Shown piece by piece: positions 16,692 through 24,517 of a stretch of 32,249 nt of DNA. The position numbers were made by a program, and so were the translations under genes. Origin of the DNA: a virus (lineage: Duplodnaviria; Caudoviricetes); IMG/VR virus record IMGVR_UViG_3300049441_000045, positions 1 to 32,249 of that record, one strand, 5' to 3'. Numbering within the stretch: position 1 is the stretch's first letter; every line of letters starts with the position of its first letter. Under the pieces are notes generated by a model. The model made no database searches, was not told where the DNA came from, and saw only the letters and a list, made by a program, of their open reading frames with translations.

Positions 16692-18104
16692 TCATTCGGG
16701 CTCACCGTCGGTTCGGGTGGTGCCGGGTGCGTCGGCGTTCGGCGCAGGGTCGGCCGGTGCGCCCTCACCGGGGGTGGTGTCGGCGACGGCCGGGGTGGTG
16801 GTGTCGGTGGCGGGCTCGGCGGACGCGGCCGCCACGGCGTCTTTCGCTTCGTCACCGGCCCGGGTGATGGCGTCGATGAGGGCGGGGGCGAGCTGGGCGA
16901 ACATCGCCGCGTGCCAGAGCTGTTGCAGGCTCCGCAGCCGGACGGCCGGGTCGGGCAGGCCGATGGCCTCGCGGAGCAGCGCCGACCAGTCGACGGTGGT
17001 GGCCAGCAGCTGAACCACCGGGGCGGCGGCACCGACGAACCGGGCCGCCGTGGTGAGGTTTTTCAGCGCCTCGAACCTCGCGAGCGGGTCCGGGTGGGCG
17101 AGGGCCTCACCGAGCACGGTGCGCCAGTCCATCGTCTGCCCGACGGGCTGGGACGGGGGGGCCTGGCGGGCGGTGCGGTCCCGGTGTCCGCGGCCGATGG
17201 GTTCGGCGTCGTCCGGGTCGGTGTCGTCGGTGAGCGGGGCGGTGGGCAGGGCGAGGGGTTCGGGCTCGTCGCGGATGTCGATCAGGCCGGTGCGGGGGTC
17301 GCAGCGCATGACGTCGAACACCAGCCAGGAGAAGCTGAAACCGCGTTCGAGCACCCGGGGTTCCATGCTGGTGTCGATCCCGGCGTGCACCGAGCTGACC
17401 TTCCACGCCTTGGGTGGCGCCCCGATGGTCATGGTGATGCACACGTCCGCGTCCGATGCCAGCGATTCGTGGCAGTCCAGTTTGTAGACTTTTTCCTTGG
17501 TCGGCTGGCCGTTGTCGTCGGTGCCTGAGACGTAGTCGGCGCGCACGATGAACACCACGAGGCCGGGGAAGGTGATCAACTTGGTCATCAGCGCCCGGTA
17601 GCGGTCCCGGCCGTCGTTCCACAGGTTGCGTCCGGCGATGAGGGAGGCGTGCGGGTCGCGGGCCAGCCTGCGTTGGTTGTCGTCGCTGGCGGCGGCCCGC
17701 CGGTACACCCAGGTCTTGATCTCGTTCCACGCCGAGGTGCCGCTGTCGATGATCAGCATCACGGGGGGCTCGCCCGCGTCGTAGGCGCGGTGGGCCTCGG
17801 CCTTCACCGCGAGGACCTGCTCGAAGACGGACCAGAAGTGCCCGTCGTGGCCGACGATGAGGTAGTCGGCGCCGGGCACGTCGCGGTAGGCGTGGACGGT
17901 CTTCCAGTCCCCGGCGCCCCAGGGCAGCCAGTACGCCTGCCCGAACCGGGTGTCCCCGGTGGCGGCAGCGGCCATCCAGGACCGACCGGAGGACGGCAGG
18001 CCGTCGATCACGATCAGCGGGAACGCGACCCGCCCGTTGGGGACGATGGTGCGCAGCTTCCCCGGCCTGTCGGGGACCAGCAGTGCTGGCGCGTAGGTTG
18101 ACAC
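16692..18104 (-). CDS. AAA_24/Sak4-like P-loop ATPase with low-complexity C-terminal extension
   Basis: Walker A variant GLPSSGRS, Walker B LIIDS; GAGGAG RBS. Confidence 0.7.
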   Translation of the reverse strand: MSTYAPALLVPDRPGKLRTIVPNGRVAFPLIVIDGLPSSGRSWMAAAATGDTRFGQAYWLPWGAGDWKTVHAYRDVPGADYLIVGHDGHFWSVFEQVLAVKAEAHRAYDAGEPPVMLIIDSGTSAWNEIKTWVYRRAAASDDNQRRLARDPHASLIAGRNLWNDGRDRYRALMTKLITFPGLVVFIVRADYVSGTDDNGQPTKEKVYKLDCHESLASDADVCITMTIGAPPKAWKVSSVHAGIDTSMEPRVLERGFSFSWLVFDVMRCDPRTGLIDIRDEPEPLALPTAPLTDDTDPDDAEPIGRGHRDRTARQAPPSQPVGQTMDWRTVLGEALAHPDPLARFEALKNLTTAARFVGAAAPVVQLLATTVDWSALLREAIGLPDPAVRLRSLQQLWHAAMFAQLAPALIDAITRAGDEAKDAVAAASAEPATDTTTPAVADTTPGEGAPADPAPNADAPGTTRTDGEPE

Positions 18105-18197
18105 GCGAACTCCTCTCGGGGTTCAACAAGTCGTCCCGGGACTCTCCGTGACCTTGCAGGGTGTGCAGGGGAGCCCGGGACGTACTAAGCGGTGCGC

Positions 18198-18926
18198 TTA
18201 GTTCATACCATGATTATAACATGCTAACGTCGCGCCCGGTGGGGGGTGTGGAGTGAGGTTTGCCCTGGTCAGACGCCCCGCGCGGCACCGGGACGGCGAC
18301 GGGGACCGCACCCCGAGGAGCCCAGCGACCTCAGCGCTGCCGGGCGGCGGTGTCCCGCCGTCCAGGGCCAGCGGTCCCACCGGGTCGGGACACATGTCCC
18401 GCAAGGCGACCGCGTCCGGGCCGCTGACCGGCAGCGCCCGCACCCGGCTCACGTCCCGGTAGACCACCGCGTAGCGGCAGGCCCCGGCCAGGCCCGGCGG
18501 GCGCCACCGGGCCGGCCCGAGCGACCCCTTCGCCCGGTTGATCGACAACGCGGTCACGGCGAGGTTGCGGCGGTCGTTGGCGAACGCGACCCGTCGGGGC
18601 CGGTCCCAGCCCGCCGCCGCGGCCCGCCACGCCGCTTCCAGGGCCACCACATGGTCGACGTCGGCGAGGTGGGGGTCCAGGGTCAGGCCGGTGTAGAAGT
18701 CGACGACCGGGCCGTCGTCGCGGCACCCGTCGCCGTCGAGGTCGACGGCCCCGAGAAGGGCCGCGTCCGCCAGCACCCGCTCCCGGGTGTCACAGCCCGC
18801 CACGCTGGTCCACCCACCGAACTCGGCCCTGCTGTACCCGCCGGGCAGCAGCACGGGCGCCGCGACGGCCAGCACCGCCACCGCGGCCACCGCCGCCCGC
18901 CGGGCACCCCCGGTGGCCGGGCTCAT
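18198..18926 (-). CDS. DUF1524-type HNH endonuclease with signal-peptide-like N-terminus
   Basis: YSRAEFG.W, GCDTRERVL, DVDHVVAL..AW, FAND..NL, S.NRAKG..P..W.P..C; ATGA-coupled to the upstream gene; C-terminal tail may be read-through. Confidence 0.75.
   Translation of the reverse strand: MSPATGGARRAAVAAVAVLAVAAPVLLPGGYSRAEFGGWTSVAGCDTRERVLADAALLGAVDLDGDGCRDDGPVVDFYTGLTLDPHLADVDHVVALEAAWRAAAAGWDRPRRVAFANDRRNLAVTALSINRAKGSLGPARWRPPGLAGACRYAVVYRDVSRVRALPVSGPDAVALRDMCPDPVGPLALDGGTPPPGSAEVAGLLGVRSPSPSRCRAGRLTRANLTPHPPPGATLACYNHGMN
18210..18224 (-). promoter_or_regulatory. extended -10 promoter (TGnTATAAT) for the ATPase operon
   Basis: Minus strand TG-T-TATAAT (ATTATA at 18213-18218), highly unusual in this GC background; leader contains the IR GTCCCGGG/CCCGGGAC (18133-18181). 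Confidence 0.6.
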
Positions 18927-19534
18927 CCGACCGGCTCGCCCGGCTCGCCGGGGTCCGGCTCGCCCGGGTCGAGGAGGTCGACCACGCGGGTCAGGGTGAT
19001 GCCCGACTCGTCGACCCGGGCGGTCGGGTAGTTCTCGGGCAGCGGCGTCAGCGTCGCCCCGGACTCGGCGGACACCCCACTGACCCGCAGCCCGGCGGTC
19101 GGCCCGGAGCCCAGCGTGACCTGCTCGGACCGCCCGACCCACAACGCGGCCAGGTAGGCGTAGTCCAGGTCGACGGGGGCGCCACCGTGCGGCGCCCACA
19201 CCCCGACCACGACCGTCCACACGCCGGGTGTGGTGTCGTACACGTCGGGGGAGCCCCGGCGGACCACCGCGGCACCCAACCAGACCGGGGTGCGCGCAGG
19301 TCCCCGGACCCGGCCGGTGTCCTCGGTCTCGGTGACCTCGATCCGGGCCGCGCCCGGCGCGGTGCTGTAGACCTCGGCCAGCGCGGTGGTGATCTCCGAG
19401 ATCGGCGCCAGCGGGCCACCACCGGGGCGGGGCACCCGCACCTCGACGTAGTCGGGTGGGGTGGTGACGGTGACCGCGACCAGGTACGGGCCGTGGCAGT
19501 GCGCCTCGTCGCCGGGCGGGCAGGGGTCGGGCAT
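18923..19534 (-). CDS. hypothetical (possibly virion-associated beta-rich) protein
   Basis: 203-aa ORF in the tail operon, GAGGAG RBS. Confidence 0.6.
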   Translation of the reverse strand: MPDPCPPGDEAHCHGPYLVAVTVTTPPDYVEVRVPRPGGGPLAPISEITTALAEVYSTAPGAARIEVTETEDTGRVRGPARTPVWLGAAVVRRGSPDVYDTTPGVWTVVVGVWAPHGGAPVDLDYAYLAALWVGRSEQVTLGSGPTAGLRVSGVSAESGATLTPLPENYPTARVDESGITLTRVVDLLDPGEPDPGEPGEPVG

Positions 19535-19556
19535 AGCGGATCAGCTCCTCACGGGA

Positions 19557-21533
19557 TCAGGGGGGGCCGTCGGCGGCGCCGCCGCCGGGGAACAGGGTGA
19601 ACGCGTCGAACCAGCCAACCCACGGTGACACCGCCGCCGCCCGCCCGAGGTGCATGTACCGGCCCCGGTGGGCTTTGGCGTCGGCGGTCGTGACCGACCA
19701 CAGCTCCTTGGTGGTGGCGCCGGTGCTGACGTTGAGCGACCGGGCCCGCAGCCCGTTGGCGTTCACCCCAATCCGGAGCCGCTGCCCGACGCCGAGAGCG
19801 ATCGCGGTGGGCACCGTGTTGATCGCCATCTGGACGACGGCCCCACCGAGGTAGCCGAACAGGGTCACCGACCCCATCTGGTTGACGGCGATCAGGTACC
19901 CGGACTGCTCCGGGATGTCGGTGGGCGCGGGGACCGGCAGCCAGATGGAGTACGGACTGTCGGGCACCCGGCAGATCGTGAACATCAGATACGAGTAGGT
20001 CCGGTCCGAGTCGAACGCGTCGAACCCGTAGGTGATGTCGACCGACCAGCTGGTCGGGTCGGCCAGGTAGGGCCACCCCGCCAGCAGGCTGTAGGAGTAG
20101 TCGCCCACCACGGTCGACACCATGCTCGGCCCGAGGAACAGCTTCGTGCTGGCGGACTTGTGGTACCCGCGCAGCATCGCGTGCACCTTGTTCGGGGTGT
20201 CGAGGTAGCCCAGCTGGCCGTGGGACACCGTCGCGGTGTCCCACAGGCTCGTCTCCCGGCGGTAGCGGTGCCCACCCACCGGGTGCCCGGCCGGCACCGA
20301 CGCGGCGGCCGCGTAGAGCGGGTCCCCGCTGATCGCGCCGAGCAGCCCGGGGGTGGTCACCCGCTGCGCCCACGCGGTTTGCCGGTTGACGTAGAACAGC
20401 ACCGTCTTCACGTGGCTGGCGCCGACGACCTTGTCCCGGTAGCTGGCGACGGCGACGTCGGTGAGCGCGGTGCCGCAGAACGCCCACGTCCAACTCGCCG
20501 GCCAGGTCCCGTCAGCCGGGTATCGGGCGGCGGCGGCGGCGTTCTCGATCCAGGGCCCGACCCGGATGCCGGCGGCGGAGAAGTAGTCGAGCACGTTCAC
20601 GGTCGTGCCCGGGGCCTGCCCGGGGATGGTGGACTCGCTGGTGGTCACCACCACCGAGTTGGTGAGCCGGAACTGGCGGATCAGGGCCAGCACACTGGCC
20701 AGGTAGATGTCGGTGCGCCAGGCCGGGGTCGGCCGGATCCAGGCCAGTGTCGTCGCGTCGCGGGCCGGGAACTGGAGGTGCAGGATCAGCGGGGTGCCCC
20801 ACCCGACGGTGCGCAGCACGTCGGCCAGCGACGTCAACCCGAACTGGTTGGGCTCCACGTACCCGAACCACCCGAACTGCGGCGCGCTGGGGTGGTAGGC
20901 CGACGCGTTCCAGTTCGTCGCGACCAGCGGGTCGACGGTCGCGGGGGGCTGCTGTGCCTCCCGGGGGTTCCAGAACCCGGGCTCGTCGGGGATGACGTTC
21001 CAGAAGTGGCCGGCCTGCTCCTGGACGTACTGGGTGGCCCAGAACGACGCGGCGCCGTAGGCCGCGCCGACGGTGCGGGCCATGGTCTCGTCGGCGAACA
21101 CCACCGGCTGCCCGGAGGCCACGAACCGGATCGGGACGTGCATGGCGTCGAGGTTGAGGCGCTGCCCGTAGGCGAAGCTGGAGAGCAGGCACTCCGGTTT
21201 ACACAGGTACCCGGCGCCCATCGCGCCGATGACGATGTGCGAACCGCGGGTTTCGAGGTCCACGACGCTGGGCCCGGCGGCGCCGGTCGAGGTCCCGGGG
21301 GCGCCGGTGACGAGCAGCCCGCCGGCCCCGTCGAACCCGAGGCCACCACCGGCGGACAGCCGGGTGGAGAGCAGCTCCGGGGAGCCGCTCCAGGCGATCC
21401 CGGGCCCGGCGACCTCCCCACCGTCGAAGGTGATCTCGTAGCCGTTGTTCTCGTTCCCGGTGCCGGAGATGTCGAGACCGAGCCCGACCTCGATGAGGCA
21501 GTTGCACCGGTCACCGCAGCCGCATCTAGGCAT
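19557..21533 (-). CDS. tail receptor-binding-like protein with degenerate glycerophosphodiester phosphodiesterase (GDPD) domain
   Basis: Cys-rich N-terminus CGCGDRCNC and Gly-rich linker; IVIGAMGAG..PECLLSSF...LDAMHVPIRFVASGQPVVFADETMART aligns to the GDPD N-terminal motif; GAISGDP near the barrel end. Confidence 0.65.
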   Translation of the reverse strand: MPRCGCGDRCNCLIEVGLGLDISGTGNENNGYEITFDGGEVAGPGIAWSGSPELLSTRLSAGGGLGFDGAGGLLVTGAPGTSTGAAGPSVVDLETRGSHIVIGAMGAGYLCKPECLLSSFAYGQRLNLDAMHVPIRFVASGQPVVFADETMARTVGAAYGAASFWATQYVQEQAGHFWNVIPDEPGFWNPREAQQPPATVDPLVATNWNASAYHPSAPQFGWFGYVEPNQFGLTSLADVLRTVGWGTPLILHLQFPARDATTLAWIRPTPAWRTDIYLASVLALIRQFRLTNSVVVTTSESTIPGQAPGTTVNVLDYFSAAGIRVGPWIENAAAAARYPADGTWPASWTWAFCGTALTDVAVASYRDKVVGASHVKTVLFYVNRQTAWAQRVTTPGLLGAISGDPLYAAAASVPAGHPVGGHRYRRETSLWDTATVSHGQLGYLDTPNKVHAMLRGYHKSASTKLFLGPSMVSTVVGDYSYSLLAGWPYLADPTSWSVDITYGFDAFDSDRTYSYLMFTICRVPDSPYSIWLPVPAPTDIPEQSGYLIAVNQMGSVTLFGYLGGAVVQMAINTVPTAIALGVGQRLRIGVNANGLRARSLNVSTGATTKELWSVTTADAKAHRGRYMHLGRAAAVSPWVGWFDAFTLFPGGGAADGPP

Positions 21534-21765
21534 GGGGGTCCCTTTCCTGGGTGGGGGCGATCGCGAGCACATGCTGGTCGCCGGTGGGGCCGTACACCGC
21601 CATCAGCGACCCGTCCTGGTCGACACCGAGGGTCCAGTCCCCGACGGTGACCGGCCCGGCGCCGGGGGTGACCAGCGGGGTGACCCGGCCGGTGACGGCC
21701 CGGGCGGCGATCCGGGCGGCGGCCACGGCGGGCTGGCGGGAGGCGCCGGGTCCCCGGTGCTTCAC
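21526..21765 (-). CDS. small tail-module protein
   Basis: 79-aa ORF, GTGA-coupled upstream and overlapping the downstream start; VTVGDWTLGVDQDGSLMA. Confidence 0.55.
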   Translation of the reverse strand: MKHRGPGASRQPAVAAARIAARAVTGRVTPLVTPGAGPVTVGDWTLGVDQDGSLMAVYGPTGDQHVLAIAPTQERDPHA

Positions 21766-22901
21766 GGGGTCACCGGTTCCCGCGCCGGCCCGCCCGAGGC
21801 CAGCGACACCGCGACCCGTTCGGTGTCCTCGGTGTCGGTGCCGGGGCGCCAGGTCACGTCGAGCTCGGTGAGCCGGAAGTCCTGGGCGATCGGGGTGCAG
21901 TACCCGACCAGGTGCACCGAGATCACCACCCCGGGCAGCAGCTGCTCGATGGTCACCGGCGCGTGCGGCGACAACCGGGCCCCGTCGGGCACGATCAGGT
22001 CCACCGGCGGGGGGTAGCCGTAGGACCGCATCGCGGCCGCGATCCCGTTGGCCACCGCCACGCTGGTGGTGTTCGGACTGGTGCTGATCTTGTCGATCTG
22101 GCCGTAGAACGCCACCGGGCCACCGGAGCGCCCGACGATGGGCGACACGTTGGGGATCGGGGCGCCGGCCCCGTCGAGGGGTTGGCCCCCGACGAGCAGG
22201 CCCCGGGTCGCGGCGTCCAACCCGTTCTCCACCACTTTCAGTTCCGCCATGAAGTGCTCGTCGGTGAGGCGCAGCGGGTGGCGGGCCAACTGCTCCCGGT
22301 CGGAGGTGAGCACGATCCGCCGGCCCACGGTGTAGAAGTCGACCCCGGCGGCGACCAGCTCCCGGACCAGCTCCCCGACGAAGACGGTGTCTTTCCAGTT
22401 GTGGTCCAGCGTCGAGGTCTGGCCCGGGGTGTCGCGGACGTCGAGGTACTGGGTCAGCCCGGGGTTGCGGGTCGGGTCCGCGACGGGGAACCCGTCGAGG
22501 ATCATGCCGCGGATCATGGCGCCGGTGTTCAGCGGAGTCGGCGCCCAGTGCTCCAGCCCGACGGGGTTGATCGCCCGGCGGTCCAGCCAGGCGATCATGT
22601 CGCGGGCGTCGAGGACGAACTCGGTGCGGGTCTCGGTCTTCTTCACGATCGGGCCCTGCCACACCAGCCCACCGTTGCGGTAGATCGTCAGCTCGTGACC
22701 CCAGGAGCTGGTCTGCCCGAGCCGGCCGCAGCAGTCGGCTCCGGCGGTGGTCTTGGCGACGGTGACCTGCGCGGTGGAGAAGTCGTCGCGGACCCGGCCC
22801 CAGTCCAGGGCGGTGATCCCGTCCAGGCGGGTCCACAGTTTCGCGCCGCCCTGGGCGTGCACCGCCGCGGCGTAGGTGGTCGCGCAGCCCAGGGTGCCCA
22901 T
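21762..22901 (-). CDS. minor tail protein (baseplate hub/Tal-like)
   Basis: LDWGRVRDDFSTAQV, ELTIYRNGGLVWQGPI, LDARDMIAWL motifs; second gene after tape measure. Confidence 0.75.
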   Translation of the reverse strand: MGTLGCATTYAAAVHAQGGAKLWTRLDGITALDWGRVRDDFSTAQVTVAKTTAGADCCGRLGQTSSWGHELTIYRNGGLVWQGPIVKKTETRTEFVLDARDMIAWLDRRAINPVGLEHWAPTPLNTGAMIRGMILDGFPVADPTRNPGLTQYLDVRDTPGQTSTLDHNWKDTVFVGELVRELVAAGVDFYTVGRRIVLTSDREQLARHPLRLTDEHFMAELKVVENGLDAATRGLLVGGQPLDGAGAPIPNVSPIVGRSGGPVAFYGQIDKISTSPNTTSVAVANGIAAAMRSYGYPPPVDLIVPDGARLSPHAPVTIEQLLPGVVISVHLVGYCTPIAQDFRLTELDVTWRPGTDTEDTERVAVSLASGGPAREPVTP

Positions 22902-24244
22902 CAGATCAGGTCCGACCGGGTCGCCATGTGGATCTCGATCCAGCTGTCGGTGGCCCACCCGGACAAATCGCCGATGACCTCGCAGCACAACGTCGCGGAG
23001 CACTCGAACACCGGCCAGGTGAACGTGCCGCCGGTGGGGCCGTAGAGGCGGGGCGCGGTCAGCGCCGGCCCGGGGCCGGGGCAGTCGAGGGAGGCGCGGG
23101 CGATGCGCCCGTCGAGGGTGAGCAGCGACCCGGCCGGGATCCAGGGGACCTGGATCTCCGCGCACGCCACGCAGGGGTCCAGGTCACCGCCGCACGGGGC
23201 GCCGGTGGGGTTGTCGTACCAGCGCAGGATCAGCCGCTTAAACGCCCGCCCGCCGGTGAACACCTGCACGACGGGGACCTTCTCGAGCCAGTCCGCGCCG
23301 GTGCCTCTCGGGATCGAGAACACGCTGCGCCCGGCGGTGAACGTGGTCCTGGGGAAACACGGGTCCTGGGGTGCGGGGGCCAGCGGCGGTGGGGCGGCGG
23401 TGGTCACGCAGAACGGGTCACCGGACAGGCAGTCGGTGACCGTCGGGCAGGTCGCCTGCCACCCCCACGGGTCGTACCCGATGATCGTGTCGTGGTAGAC
23501 GTCGGGCCGGGCCGGGGCGGTGGGGCCCTCACCGCGGATCACGAAGACGGGTTCGCCGTACCAGCTCGGGGTGCCGGCCCGGACGGTGAACCGGACCTGC
23601 GCGGCGACCCCACCAGCGATCGGCGCCAGCCGGGTCAGGGCGGGCCCGTCGATCAGCGCGGTCCCGAACAGCCGCCGCAGCAACCCGTCCCCGCCGGGGG
23701 CGGTGTCACCGCCGGTCACCGGGTGCCAGGTGGGGTCGGGCACCGGCGGCAGGCACGGGTCCAGGGACACCCCCGGGCGGGTGGGGCAGGCGGCGTAGAC
23801 GCACAACTCGTCCCCGGAGCAGCTGGTGCCGCACACCGACCCGCGCAGCGCTGAACCCAGCCAGGACAGCCCGTAGGACATCGACGCCCGGTCGGTGGCG
23901 AACGCGATCGCCCGCACGTCCAGTTCCCGGGAGGCGCGCCGCGCGCCGCCGGGGACCCCACCGTCGGCGATCAGCTCGGTCCAGGCCCGGGTGTGGGTTC
24001 CGGCGCTGGCGCCCACCAGTTCCAGCCCGAGCAGGCCGTGGAACCCGGCGGACTCGACCCGGCTGGGGTCGTACCAGGGCGCGGCGTCGGTGACCGGGTC
24101 GGTGTAGGGGGCGTCGCCGAGGCTGGCGGGCAGCTCGGGCCAGGACCCGAGGACCGCGATCCCGGCGCCGTGCGCGTACGCCTGCACCCGCGAGTTGTTG
24201 ATCAGTTCGACGCCGCCGAACTGGAGCCATCCCTCATACGCCAC
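22901..24244 (-). CDS. minor tail protein (distal tail/Dit-like), Cys-rich
   Basis: YEGWLQFGGVELINNSR, APWYDP, F.VRAGTPSWY; positioned after tape measure. Confidence 0.7.
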   Translation of the reverse strand: MAYEGWLQFGGVELINNSRVQAYAHGAGIAVLGSWPELPASLGDAPYTDPVTDAAPWYDPSRVESAGFHGLLGLELVGASAGTHTRAWTELIADGGVPGGARRASRELDVRAIAFATDRASMSYGLSWLGSALRGSVCGTSCSGDELCVYAACPTRPGVSLDPCLPPVPDPTWHPVTGGDTAPGGDGLLRRLFGTALIDGPALTRLAPIAGGVAAQVRFTVRAGTPSWYGEPVFVIRGEGPTAPARPDVYHDTIIGYDPWGWQATCPTVTDCLSGDPFCVTTAAPPPLAPAPQDPCFPRTTFTAGRSVFSIPRGTGADWLEKVPVVQVFTGGRAFKRLILRWYDNPTGAPCGGDLDPCVACAEIQVPWIPAGSLLTLDGRIARASLDCPGPGPALTAPRLYGPTGGTFTWPVFECSATLCCEVIGDLSGWATDSWIEIHMATRSDLI

Positions 24245-24259
24245 GGCGGCCCCCTGGGG

Positions 24260-24481
24260 TCAGGTCACGCGGGTCCCGTCGGGGTCCAGCAGGGCCAGCA
24301 GTTCGTCCTGGCGGGCCAGCAGCGCGCGCTGCTCGGTGGTGAGCTCGTCGAGACGGTGGCCGAGCATGTGCAGGGCATTGATCGTGTTCAGGTTGGCGTC
24401 CAGGATCTGGGTCATGACCTGGAGCAGTTGGCCCAGCGCCGGGACCAACCCGGGGGGCACGTCGGGGCTCACGTCGATCAT
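24260..24481 (-). CDS. small coiled-coil hypothetical protein
   Basis: 73-aa amphipathic ORF between tape measure and Dit-like genes. Confidence 0.5.
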   Translation of the reverse strand: MIDVSPDVPPGLVPALGQLLQVMTQILDANLNTINALHMLGHRLDELTTEQRALLARQDELLALLDPDGTRVT

Positions 24482-24517
24482 CCTGGCACCGGGGCACGGG
24501 CCGGCCCGCCGCGGCGG

